A DNA stretch of 64,000 nt from positions 47,618 to 111,617 of the forward strand of contig CALVLD010000003.1 in the NCBI GenBank assembly GCA_944336475.1. Direction: 5' to 3'. Made by a program: the position numbers and the translations under genes. Under the pieces are notes generated by a model that made no database searches, was not told the origin of the DNA, and saw nothing but the letters and a program-made list of their open reading frames with translations. The DNA comes from an uncultured Clostridia bacterium. Its GTDB lineage: Bacteria > Bacillota > Clostridia > Christensenellales > CAG-138. This document shows, piece after piece, positions 29,352-38,288 of the stretch. Numbering within the stretch: the first letter of the stretch is position 1; the number at the start of each line of letters is the position of its first letter.

Positions 29352-30083
29352 TCATATTCCCTCTCCGTCGGCAAGACGGTCGATAAGCATGTTTGTGGCC
29401 TCTATGGTTCTTACGAGCGACGCCACTTCTCGCCCATGCAACCTTGCTTTTGCAAGCTCCCTTTCATAGACCGAGCGGAAGTGGAGCAGCAACGGCATGA
29501 GCTCGGGCTCTCGCTTTTGCACCATCACCCAGCCGAAGCGATAGAAGTCGGCCGGAAACCACTCGGGAACCCCTATCCCACCGCCGTACCTTGCGGCAAT
29601 GACCTGATAGTATCTGCCCGAGTCGAGCACTACACGCTCGTCTGCGATGCCGTAGCCTGAGCGCACAAGGAATCCCCTCAGCTCCGCCTCGCCTCGCATG
29701 GGCTGCATCACTATCAGCTCCGCACGACGCGCCGCATCGCAGCCCCGTTCGAGCATGCCGGCGATGAGCTCGCCTCCCATGCCGCACACGGCGATTTTGA
29801 AATCCGCCCCGCCTACGAGCGGCAACAGTCCCTCAAGCCCGTCGGCACGGCGCACGGCGATGTTGAGCCCGGTATCTGCGGCAAGCGTCCGCACCTTTTC
29901 GACCGACGCAGCACTGATGTCGGATGCCAGCACTCGCTTTGCTCTGCCGGATCTGAGCAGTGCGGCAGACAGATACCCATGGTCGCATCCTATGTCGGCA
30001 ATGACATCGGCGGAACCGAGCATCTCCAGCACGGCGATCAGCCGCAGGCCAAGCGGCACGATGCGATGGCTACAATACCTCAT
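29352..30083 (-). CDS. trmK: tRNA (adenine22-N1)-methyltransferase
   Basis: ADIGCDHGYL, GMGGELI, MQPM; upstream of Nif3. Confidence 0.85.
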   Translation of the reverse strand: MRYCSHRIVPLGLRLIAVLEMLGSADVIADIGCDHGYLSAALLRSGRAKRVLASDISAASVEKVRTLAADTGLNIAVRRADGLEGLLPLVGGADFKIAVCGMGGELIAGMLERGCDAARRAELIVMQPMRGEAELRGFLVRSGYGIADERVVLDSGRYYQVIAARYGGGIGVPEWFPADFYRFGWVMVQKREPELMPLLLHFRSVYERELAKARLHGREVASLVRTIEATNMLIDRLADGEGI

Positions 30084-30124
30084 GTTACCATTATACCTTA
30101 TAGTATGGGATTTGTCAATCAGCA

Positions 30125-30168
30125 GAGAGGGTCCCCGAAGCACAAAACTTGCTTCGGGGACCCTCTCG
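30125..30168. terminator. Long perfect hairpin downstream of the M23 gene
   Basis: GAGAGGGTCCCCGAAGCA-caaaact-TGCTTCGGGGACCCTCTC. Confidence 0.65.
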
Positions 30169-30190
30169 CCATATTAGGAGGTAGACCATC

Positions 30191-30952
30191 TCAATCCGTA
30201 TGGGTGAAGGTTACATATTGGGTGGGATCCTTGGGTTCATCGTCGATGTAGAGTTCAAAGTGCAGGTGGCTCTCTTCCGCACATTCGGAGAGTGCAGTGT
30301 CCCCGATATAGCCTATTACGTCACGGGCATTTACCGCCTGCCCCTCCGTTACCGGGGGCTCCTCCTTGAGGTTGGAATAGACCGTCACCATTCCGCCGCT
30401 GTGGCGTATTACCACCGTTACCCCAAGCATATCGTCGGCATACACCCTCTCCACGGTGCCCTCTGCGACGCTTCGCACCTCCGTACCCTGCGGTGCGGCA
30501 ATATCGACGCCGGAGTGGGTCATCCACTGGTTGAGCGTCTCCGAGTATATGAGGGAGTCCATCGCAAACACCCGGATTATATTGCCCTCCACGGGTGCGT
30601 GGAGCACTATGGGCGCAGGGGTCGTCTGTACCGCAGGGGTCGTGGGCATGGGGGCTATCGTCTTTTCCGGCATTACGGTAGGCAGGGGTGTCCTTGCCGG
30701 TCGTGGGCCCGTTGTGACCTGTGTGGGCTGTGTCGTAGGCACTGTCACATCGTTGAGCGTCTGATCCTGCGACTGCCGCACGGGATCGCTCGGCTCCTCC
30801 CCTCCGGTGAATATCAGCGCAGCGGTCGTACCTATCACCGCAATACACAGCCCAAGGGCTATGTAGAGCCCGTTCTTTCTGAAAAATATGGATGAACGCA
30901 GCCTCAACTGCCTCCATCTGCGCCTTTGCTCGGCTTTTTTATCCATATGCAT
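30191..30952 (-). CDS. M23 peptidase-domain membrane protein, SpoIIQ-like
   Basis: N-terminal TM, T/P-rich linker, YSETL.QW.THSGVDI, HLHFE; sigma-F-like promoter. Confidence 0.75.
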   Translation of the reverse strand: MHMDKKAEQRRRWRQLRLRSSIFFRKNGLYIALGLCIAVIGTTAALIFTGGEEPSDPVRQSQDQTLNDVTVPTTQPTQVTTGPRPARTPLPTVMPEKTIAPMPTTPAVQTTPAPIVLHAPVEGNIIRVFAMDSLIYSETLNQWMTHSGVDIAAPQGTEVRSVAEGTVERVYADDMLGVTVVIRHSGGMVTVYSNLKEEPPVTEGQAVNARDVIGYIGDTALSECAEESHLHFELYIDDEPKDPTQYVTFTHTD

Positions 30953-30976
30953 CGTCCCTTCTTTGTCTTTCGGTGG

Positions 30977-31006
30977 TATTATTGACACTTAATCCGTCCG
31001 CTATAC
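30977..31006 (-). promoter_or_regulatory. Sigma-F-type promoter
   Basis: GTATA-15nt-GTCAATAATA versus the consensus GYATA-N15-GGnnAnAHTR. Confidence 0.55.
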
Positions 31007-31066
31007 TTGAAATGGCTTCAAAAAATTGATATAATCAGGGAACGCAATCCGGGAGGTTTGTCTTTT

Positions 31067-32062
31067 ATGAAAGCGACAAAAACCATACTAGGGATATTGT
31101 TTGCGTTGCTTACGCTCGCCGCATTCATTGCCCCGTTCAAATTCGTGCCCGAAAAGTTCATGGCAGATGACTATGAGGCAACGTATGAACGGCTCTCCTC
31201 AGGCGGTATGGAGGTGGACGAATCATATGTCGCCGCCCGCGTGGATGCGACTGCAAAGGAATACTTTCCCATTACATTCACCACCTCGCTTCTCATTGCC
31301 TGTGTTGGGGTGTTAGTCGTTCGTTTGCTCTCGCTTGTTCCGCCTCACGGCATGGGAGGATTCAACCTCTTCAACCCCATCGCCCTCCCTCTCATTGCGA
31401 TAATGGCGCTTGGCATGCGTTTTTCGATCTCGCTCACGCTTGATGCGATCTCAAGTCCGTCGGTCATCGAGTTTCGCAGCCTCACATCGGATTTTGCCGC
31501 CTCAATGGACGGCAGCGCTCGCCCGTGGCAGCTCTTCATAGTCGTTCCCCTGCTGCTCGAAGTCACATTCCGCTGCATTATCCCCGGCTTCCTTGAGCGT
31601 GTGCATGCCGTTGTCGGCATAGCGGTCTCCGTGGTCGCATATTCGCTCGTGATGCACGCTGCGTTCCGTGCCTATGGCGTATGGATGACGGGCTCTACGG
31701 CATCTGCCTTCGTTGCGCTTATCATTGCCGCCGTGATGGGGATTTTGCTCATGCTTGTAACATGGCGGCTGCGTTCGGTAATACCTGCAATGCTCATGCA
31801 TATTATCATAGTACACTCCTCTGTGCTCGTGCCCGGCTTTGCAGGTCTCGGAGCGTTTGCGCTGCCGCTTGCTATAGCGATGGTCGTGCTGCCGTTTGCG
31901 GCGATAATAATACTGCCCGTTCTCGGCACAAAGCATGCCGTATTCCGTGCGGACTTCCCGTTTACCGCCCATCACAAGCGCATGGACGCCCGTCTTGCAG
32001 CGCTCGAGCTGCCACGCCACAGGGCGACGAAGGGGGATACGGATGTGTCCGAATCCGCATGA
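31067..32062 (+). CDS. CPBP (CAAX/Abi) family intramembrane metalloprotease-like protein
   Basis: Multi-TM; PLLLEVTFR (EE..FR degenerate to LE), H, and SVIPAMLMH motifs; RBS GGAGG. Confidence 0.7.
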   Translation: MKATKTILGILFALLTLAAFIAPFKFVPEKFMADDYEATYERLSSGGMEVDESYVAARVDATAKEYFPITFTTSLLIACVGVLVVRLLSLVPPHGMGGFNLFNPIALPLIAIMALGMRFSISLTLDAISSPSVIEFRSLTSDFAASMDGSARPWQLFIVVPLLLEVTFRCIIPGFLERVHAVVGIAVSVVAYSLVMHAAFRAYGVWMTGSTASAFVALIIAAVMGILLMLVTWRLRSVIPAMLMHIIIVHSSVLVPGFAGLGAFALPLAIAMVVLPFAAIIILPVLGTKHAVFRADFPFTAHHKRMDARLAALELPRHRATKGDTDVSESA

Positions 32063-32102
32063 GCAGGCGAAGCTCGCCGCATGAGCAGGCGAAGCTCGCC
32101 GC
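32055..32102 (+). repeat. Perfect 22-bp tandem duplication
   Basis: CCGCATGAGCAGGCGAAGCTCG at 32055-32076 and 32077-32098, plus CCGC. Confidence 0.95.
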
Positions 32103-32646
32103 TCTGGCATTTCTGAAGGCGCACGGCTTCCCAGAGGCAGAGCCTGGCTGCATATCCTCCATGAGTCCGATGGCGGAGCTGTCCACGGCCCTGCCAATGA
32201 GACTCGGGGTTGACAATAAAAGCGAATTGTTGTACAATATCTCCCCCGTTGAACGGGAGCTGTTTGAAAGCATCCGCCAGGCAAATGGGTACATCAACTT
32301 CCGTCTGAGCGATGTGGCATATGAACGGTTCTGCCGCCGTGCAGCGGAGACGCTGCCGCCGAAGGTTCAAGCTGATGTCATACCTGTTGGCAGGCTGAGC
32401 GCCGAGTATCTGCACGCAAGGCTGCTCACCGTTGCCTTCACCGCCAAGCCAGGCTTTCACTGCAATGCGGCGGTTCGTCGTGCGCTGTGGATGTGCTTCT
32501 CGCTCCTGGATACGGCCATTGCCGAAAGGCGGCGCTCTTTGTGCCTTGTGTCAGTTGCAGAGGCGTTGGATGATCCCTCCGCAATATGCAGGGATGCTGC
32601 GCTTGCAATGGCCGGCGTAATCGGAAATTATATTATTGTCAAATAG
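32059..32646 (+). CDS. Hypothetical protein resembling non-catalytic ArgRS parts (N-terminal domain plus DALR-like)
   Basis: LSTALPMRL...NGYINF.L and EYLHARL resemble ArgRS N-domain and anticodon-domain motifs; no HIGH/KMSKS. Confidence 0.5.
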   Translation: MSRRSSPHEQAKLAALAFLKAHGFPEAEPGCISSMSPMAELSTALPMRLGVDNKSELLYNISPVERELFESIRQANGYINFRLSDVAYERFCRRAAETLPPKVQADVIPVGRLSAEYLHARLLTVAFTAKPGFHCNAAVRRALWMCFSLLDTAIAERRRSLCLVSVAEALDDPSAICRDAALAMAGVIGNYIIVK

Positions 32647-32658
32647 AGAGGTTTGAAT

Positions 32659-33315
32659 ATGGTTATCAAATGGTTTGGGCATTCCTGCTTTTTGCTGACG
32701 AACTCCGAAGGGGTTTCTATACTAACCGATCCGTGTGCTCCTGCCGTGGGCTTTGACCTCCACGACATCCCGTGCGATGCTGTTGCGGTCAGTCACGACC
32801 ACTTTGACCACAACTATATTGCTGCTGTATCGGGCGAGCCCGTGGTCGTATCCACAGTGGGCAAGCATGAGGTTGGGGGCGTGCGTATAGAGGGCTTTGA
32901 AGTGCTGCACGACAAACAAAACGGTGCCGTCCGTGGAAAGTGCGTGATGTTTGTGATTGAGATGGACGGCATCCGTGTGCTTCACGCCGGCGATATAGGG
33001 CAGCTCCCCTCGGAGGATTTCATAAAGGCCCTTGGGGACATCGATGTGCTCCTCGTCCCCGTCGGCGGCAAGTACACTCTTGACTATGCCGAGGCTCGTG
33101 AGCTTGCAAACATGCTCCGCCCCAGCGTTGTCATACCCATGCACTATCGCACCGCAAAGTGCAAGTTCAATGACATAGACGATGTAAACAACTTCATCTC
33201 CACTGTAAGGGATTGCAAGATCCATCGCCTTAACGACTGCGAAGCCACCCTTTCCCGTCAGAGCCTTGGCGAGGACAGGGTGCTCGTGCTTGAGCCCTTC
33301 GACCCCGAAAGGTGA
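32659..33315 (+). CDS. MBL-fold metallo-hydrolase
   Basis: WFGHSCF, SHDHFDH, HAGD, IPMHY. Confidence 0.9.
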   Translation: MVIKWFGHSCFLLTNSEGVSILTDPCAPAVGFDLHDIPCDAVAVSHDHFDHNYIAAVSGEPVVVSTVGKHEVGGVRIEGFEVLHDKQNGAVRGKCVMFVIEMDGIRVLHAGDIGQLPSEDFIKALGDIDVLLVPVGGKYTLDYAEARELANMLRPSVVIPMHYRTAKCKFNDIDDVNNFISTVRDCKIHRLNDCEATLSRQSLGEDRVLVLEPFDPER

Positions 33316-33333
33316 TTTCCCATCGACACACAT

Positions 33334-33363
33334 GGCTCTCCGTACCTGCGGAGAGCCTTTATT
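33334..33363 (+). terminator. Intrinsic terminator
   Basis: GGCTCTCCG-tacctg-CGGAGAGCC-TTTATT. Confidence 0.7.
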
Positions 33364-33487
33364 ATGGCTGATTTTATAACTAAAAATATAAAATTTTCGC
33401 TCTTGACTTTTGAGATAAAAGGGCTATCATTACTGCGGTGTCTCCGCAGGCACAGCTCAAATAATCGGAAGAAAGGTAGTGTTTCCA

Positions 33488-33820
33488 ATGCAGCTTCTGG
33501 TCATCACCATAGATAAATGCGAGGAGTTTCTCGATACCCTCGCCGGCCTTAAGGCGCACGGCATGAACGGCATTGTGTTCCAGTCGACAAGCCTCAAGCA
33601 CGCCCTGCTCCACAGCACCGTTGATGCAGCGCCGATATTCGGCTCCCTCAGCAAGGTAATGAACAATGATTTTGAATCAAGCCATACCGCCTTCCTTCTT
33701 CTCAACGACGATCAGATAGAGCATGCAAAGCGTGTGGTACGTCGCAACACGAACGGCCTTGGCAGGAAGGGCGTAATGTTCACCATCCCCATAATTTCAT
33801 ATGAGGGCATAGAGGAGTGA
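33488..33820 (+). CDS. Small PII-like (GlnB-fold) protein
   Basis: About 110 aa; LLVITI..., G...F.S, C-terminal G.GVMFTIPI...EGI typical of PII-like transporter partners. Confidence 0.6.
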   Translation: MQLLVITIDKCEEFLDTLAGLKAHGMNGIVFQSTSLKHALLHSTVDAAPIFGSLSKVMNNDFESSHTAFLLLNDDQIEHAKRVVRRNTNGLGRKGVMFTIPIISYEGIEE

Positions 33821-33824
33821 TATT

Positions 33825-35084
33825 ATGACAGCGCTTTTGATGATGGGCTTTGCCATGGTAGGCGGCCTTGCGCTTTCGCGCTTGATGAAGCTCTTCAATC
33901 TGCCCAATGTCACCGGCTTTCTCATCGCCGGTCTACTCATCGGTCCAAACCTTTGGGAGCTCGTTACGGACGGCAAGTTCGGCGGCTTGATAACCCGCGA
34001 GGGGCTTGAGAGTCTCAATATCATAACCACCGTTGCGCTTGGCTTCATCGCCTTTTCGATAGGCGGCGAATTCAAACTGAGCAACATCAAAAAACTTGGC
34101 GGTCAGATAATCGTGATCACATTCGTGCAGGCCATGACCACGGTACTGTTCGTGATGGCGGCAATGTTTTTCGTGCGGGGCGAGTGCGAAAACTACATCG
34201 CCCGTGCACTGCTGCTCGGTGCCATTGCAGCGGCGACCGCCCCTGCCGCAACGCTCATGGTCGTGCGTCAATACCGGGCAAAGGGCCCCGTTACGGACAC
34301 GCTGCTCCCCGTCGTTGCATTCGACGATGCAGTCGGTCTCATGATATTCTCCGTCTGCTTTGCGCTTGCTGAGGTCTTTGCCGCCGGCAAGGAGCTGACC
34401 TTTGCGGCAACGGTGCTTGCCCCCCTGCGTGAGATAGGGCTCTCGCTTGTGATAGGCGCTGCGCTCGGCGCATTGCTCTCCCTCTGCTGCAAGTGGTTTC
34501 ACTCCAACGGCAACCGCCTCATGCTGATGATCGCAGCAGTGATAATGGGCGTTGCCCTCTCCGAGGTGTGGGAGCTCTCGTCGCTGCTCGTCTGCATGAT
34601 GATAGGAGCCCTCTTCGCAAACCTGAGGAAGGACTCCATCGTCATACTCGACCTCTGCGAAAAGTGGACTCCGCCCGTGTTCATGCTGTTCTTCGTTATA
34701 TCGGGTGCGGAGCTGGACATCTCCATAATTCCCCAGGTGGGTGTTGCGGGCATCGTGTATGTGCTCGTGCGTGCCGTCGGCAAGTACTTTGGCGCCTTCC
34801 TGGGCGCATACATATCCAAGAGTGAAAAAACTGTGCGCCACTATCTGGGGTTTACGCTGCTTCCGCAGGCAGGCGTTGCGATAGGCATGGCGCAGATGGT
34901 CGCCGCCTCGGAGGATCTGTCCTCCGTTGCCGGACAGGTCGTTACGGTAGTGCTCTTTGCAACGCTCGTGTATGAGCTCACCGGCCCCATAATCACCAAG
35001 ATCGCCCTTTTCAAAGCCGGCGAGATCGACTCCACGCTGCAAAAAACGCAAAGGCCGTTTGCACGATTTGCCAAAAAGGGCTGA
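33825..35084 (+). CDS. Cation:proton antiporter (CPA2-like)
   Basis: LPNVTGFLIAG..IGP, ATAPAAT, FDDA, PQAGVAIG. Confidence 0.9.
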   Translation: MTALLMMGFAMVGGLALSRLMKLFNLPNVTGFLIAGLLIGPNLWELVTDGKFGGLITREGLESLNIITTVALGFIAFSIGGEFKLSNIKKLGGQIIVITFVQAMTTVLFVMAAMFFVRGECENYIARALLLGAIAAATAPAATLMVVRQYRAKGPVTDTLLPVVAFDDAVGLMIFSVCFALAEVFAAGKELTFAATVLAPLREIGLSLVIGAALGALLSLCCKWFHSNGNRLMLMIAAVIMGVALSEVWELSSLLVCMMIGALFANLRKDSIVILDLCEKWTPPVFMLFFVISGAELDISIIPQVGVAGIVYVLVRAVGKYFGAFLGAYISKSEKTVRHYLGFTLLPQAGVAIGMAQMVAASEDLSSVAGQVVTVVLFATLVYELTGPIITKIALFKAGEIDSTLQKTQRPFARFAKKG

Positions 35085-35110
35085 CGCATATTTCCCGAAC
35101 ACAGATAGAC

Positions 35111-35146
35111 AAACACCCTGCCCGACGGATGACGGGCAGGGCGTTT
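35111..35146. terminator. Bidirectional terminator
   Basis: AAACACCCTGCCCG...CGGGCAGGGCGTTT between convergent genes. Confidence 0.75.
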
Positions 35147-35158
35147 ATTGGGTGTTGT

Positions 35159-35557
35159 TTACAGCAGGTTGACCATGCTTGTTGAAATATATGTATACTC
35201 GTAGATGATCCCGGTGACCAGGTTGCTAAACAGAGCGATCATAAGTATCACCGCCAGCAGTGAAAGCCCTATTGCGATTGCACTGATTATTATTCCGGCC
35301 TTGGCAAACGTTCTGCTCGACGTTGCAAACGCCTTTGCCTGATTGTAGGCTATTATGCTCAGGACAAGACCTATAACGGGCATTACGAAGCTCAGCACAA
35401 ACCCTGCTATCGAAAGAGTCTTGGCATCATCCTGGGGAGTCTCACGATGGTTATCCGAATATGCGGATTGGGGCTGGGCAGAATTCAGCCGCATGCCACA
35501 GTTGGGGCAGTAGGATGTGTTATCATCACATTGGAAACCGCAGTTTCTACAGAACAT
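35159..35557 (-). CDS. Zinc-ribbon + DUF4190-like membrane protein
   Basis: MFCRNCG...CPNCG, 'GLVLSIIA', 'AKAGIIIS'; has its own TTGACA/TAGACT promoter near 35594-35621. Confidence 0.8.
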   Translation of the reverse strand: MFCRNCGFQCDDNTSYCPNCGMRLNSAQPQSAYSDNHRETPQDDAKTLSIAGFVLSFVMPVIGLVLSIIAYNQAKAFATSSRTFAKAGIIISAIAIGLSLLAVILMIALFSNLVTGIIYEYTYISTSMVNLL

Positions 35558-35629
35558 AGCTGTTTACCTCCACATGGAATTACACTATGTTCAGTCTACT
35601 ACAGAACTGCGGAAGTGTCAATACCCCTG

Positions 35630-35730
35630 CCAAAACACAGCAAGACCCGTGCGGGGGTAACACGGGTCTACTGTATAATATCAGAAAGGTGGTTTCCACG
35701 AGCTTCGGGCTCCTCGCTCCCGTCGCTCTA
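35630..35730 (-). ncRNA. Candidate sRNA C (hairpin, anti-SD tract, terminator)
   Basis: Minus strand GAGC.../GCTC stem, AAACCACCTTTCTGAT tract, terminator AGACCCGTG/CACGGGTCT-TGCTGTGTTTT. Confidence 0.55.
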
Positions 35731-35732
35731 CA

Positions 35733-35764
35733 CATATAACGCAGCAAGCATGGAAAAGGTTCCC
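35733..35764 (-). promoter_or_regulatory. ECF-sigma-like promoter, copy C
   Basis: Minus strand GGGAACCTTT-tccatgct-TGCTGCGTTATAT; GGAACC-16nt-CGTT. Confidence 0.65.
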
Positions 35765-35841
35765 GGTTTTTTAAAATTTTTTGAAAATTTATTATTGCAA
35801 TGTGGCTCCGGTTATGCTATCATACCTGCAATCGAATACTG

Positions 35842-35962
35842 CCTTATCAAGAGTGGCTGAGGGAACGGCCCTGAGACGCCACGGCAACCTGCCGATATTA
35901 TCGGGCAAGGTGCCAATTCCGACGGCGAGACCTTCATGTAGGGTCTTGGTCGTAAGATGAGC
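35842..35962 (+). promoter_or_regulatory. SAM-I riboswitch (S-box)
   Basis: CTTATCAAGAGTGGCTGAGGGAACGGCCC...GGCAACC...GGTGCCAATTCC...AGATGAG upstream of metK. Confidence 0.95.
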
Positions 35963-36058
35963 GCATGACGGAATACCTCGGGCGTTCAGATGCGAACGTC
36001 CTTTATTTTTGCGGATCTCAGGCAGTTTTGATTGAAAACAGGAAAGGATTTCGAAAAG

Positions 36059-37228
36059 ATGGAAAGAGCGAAAAGACTGTTTACCTCCGAGTCGGTCACG
36101 GAGGGACACCCCGACAAAGTTTGCGACTGCATTGCCGATACCGTGCTAGATGCCATGCTGACTAATGACCCAAGCTCCCGAGTTGCCTGCGAGTGTGCCG
36201 CAACTACTGGCATGGTAATGGTGATGGGCGAGGTGACCACGGACTGCTACATTGACATTCCCAAGCTCGTGCGTGACGTCGTGCTGAGCATCGGATACGA
36301 TAAGCCCGAATACGGCTTTGACGGGCATGCTCTTGCGGTCATATCCGCCATAAACGGACAGTCTCCCGACATTGCGATGGGCGTTGACAAGAGCTATGAG
36401 GCCAAGCACGGCGAGGCCGACCCCATGGACATCGGTGCAGGCGACCAGGGCATGATGTTTGGCTTTGCCTGCGATGAGACCCCTGAGCTCATGCCCCTGC
36501 CCATTTCGCTTGCACACAGGCTCGCCCACAGGCTGACCGACGTCCGCAAGAGCGGACAGCTCCCCTATCTGCGTCCCGACGGCAAGAGTCAGGTCACCAT
36601 AGAGTACGAGGGAGACAGGCCGGTTCGGGTGGACACCATCGTCGTATCCGCACAGCATGACCCCGATGTGGACATGGATAGACTCAGCGCCGATATCCGC
36701 AGGAATGTGATCGAGCGCATACTGCCCGCCGAGCTTGTGGATGACGCCACCCGCGTGTTTGTAAACCCCACCGGCCGCTTTGTTACGGGCGGCCCTCACG
36801 GGGACAGCGGTCTTACCGGGCGCAAGATAATAGTCGATACATACGGCGGCTATGCCCGTCACGGCGGCGGCAGCTTCTCCGGCAAGGATCCCACCAAGGT
36901 GGATCGTTCCGCCGCATATGCCGCCCGTTATGCTGCAAAGAACATAGTTGCGCAGGGCTTCGCCCGCCGCTGCGAGATACAGCTTGCCTATGCAATAGGC
37001 GTGGCGCATCCTGTCTCCGTCCGAGTGGACACCTTCGGCACGGGCGTTATGCCCGATGAGAATCTCGAAGCGATGCTCGTGAGAAGCTTTGACCTGAGAC
37101 CGGCGGCAATAATAGAGAGGCTCGGCCTTCGCCGTCCCATTTACCGCGCCACGGCCGCATACGGTCATTTTGGGCGCACGGACGCCTCGTTCCCGTGGGA
37201 GAACACGGATCTGATATTCCATGACTGA
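36059..37228 (+). CDS. metK: S-adenosylmethionine synthetase
   Basis: [28 protein letters not shown]. Confidence 0.97.
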   Translation: MERAKRLFTSESVTEGHPDKVCDCIADTVLDAMLTNDPSSRVACECAATTGMVMVMGEVTTDCYIDIPKLVRDVVLSIGYDKPEYGFDGHALAVISAINGQSPDIAMGVDKSYEAKHGEADPMDIGAGDQGMMFGFACDETPELMPLPISLAHRLAHRLTDVRKSGQLPYLRPDGKSQVTIEYEGDRPVRVDTIVVSAQHDPDVDMDRLSADIRRNVIERILPAELVDDATRVFVNPTGRFVTGGPHGDSGLTGRKIIVDTYGGYARHGGGSFSGKDPTKVDRSAAYAARYAAKNIVAQGFARRCEIQLAYAIGVAHPVSVRVDTFGTGVMPDENLEAMLVRSFDLRPAAIIERLGLRRPIYRATAAYGHFGRTDASFPWENTDLIFHD

Positions 37229-38288
37229 CAGGCGCAGCATATCAAGGGCAATTTGTGCTGTGGCTTTGTGCATATGCACGGCACCGGCACTGTCTTCATG
37301 CGTCGTCTCCGATGCGCCCCTGCCCAAGAATTCGCCCGAAGCCACTGCGGCGGTCTCCACGGTGATACCCACATCCGCATCTGCATCTACGCCATCTGTG
37401 ACCGATACGGCGGATCGATACGAAATTGATTATCACATCGCCCCTCCGCTGTTGGTCGAAACCGTTGGTGAGGACGTAATATGCTCCGCCCAAACCGTGA
37501 CAGACGCATTCCTCGAGGGGATTTCTGCGGCATACATAGGCACGGGGTATGACGAGGTGTATTTTGAGCTGCTCCGCACGGCGCTGCACGCCATGTGTCC
37601 TCCGTTTTTTGCGTTTACATCGTGGGGATATGATTCCTATGATGCCGCAGCTGGGATTTTAAGCTGGGAGACCAACGTTTCCTGCAGCGAGCTGAGCTTG
37701 ATACTTGCCGGGTTTTCGGACACAGTGGCGGAGTATATGTCGGAGATACGCAAAGGTGACATCCCAGAGATGCGTGCGGCGCTCATATATCACGCCTTCA
37801 CGCTCGACGCAGCTTATGACAGCGACACAGACGCCGTATCCGACGCCGAGCTCGTCCTCAGAACATCAGCCTACAACGCAATAACAAACCACACCGGGAT
37901 ATGCACATCGTTCTCGTTCGGGCTGGCGTTTCTGTTTGCGCAAGCCGGCATTGACTGTGTGCCCGTCAAGAGCACGGGCGCGCCGCTTGGCGACCACGGC
38001 ATGACCCTTGTCAATTTTGACGGCAAGTACAGCTACTGCGATGCGACATGGGATATGGGCGGAACGTTTCAGTTCTTCTGCAGCTCATCCGAGGAACGCT
38101 CTGATTTTTTTCCTCCGGAGACCATGAGCATGTACGACGGAGCCCCCATCCCCTATACGGTGTATGACGGCAGATTCGATACACTGCATGGACGCTTTTA
38201 CGATTTTGAGCTTGAGCTCGTCGATCATGAGCGGCAGTTGCTGGTGTTCCGCCACGCAGAAGGTGTGATAAACATCGACATCGACTGA
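37221..38288 (+). CDS. Transglutaminase-like domain lipoprotein
   Basis: Lipobox-like LSSC, S/T/A linker, triad GIC.SFS / H / YCDATWD. Confidence 0.75.
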   Translation: MTDRRSISRAICAVALCICTAPALSSCVVSDAPLPKNSPEATAAVSTVIPTSASASTPSVTDTADRYEIDYHIAPPLLVETVGEDVICSAQTVTDAFLEGISAAYIGTGYDEVYFELLRTALHAMCPPFFAFTSWGYDSYDAAAGILSWETNVSCSELSLILAGFSDTVAEYMSEIRKGDIPEMRAALIYHAFTLDAAYDSDTDAVSDAELVLRTSAYNAITNHTGICTSFSFGLAFLFAQAGIDCVPVKSTGAPLGDHGMTLVNFDGKYSYCDATWDMGGTFQFFCSSSEERSDFFPPETMSMYDGAPIPYTVYDGRFDTLHGRFYDFELELVDHERQLLVFRHAEGVINIDID

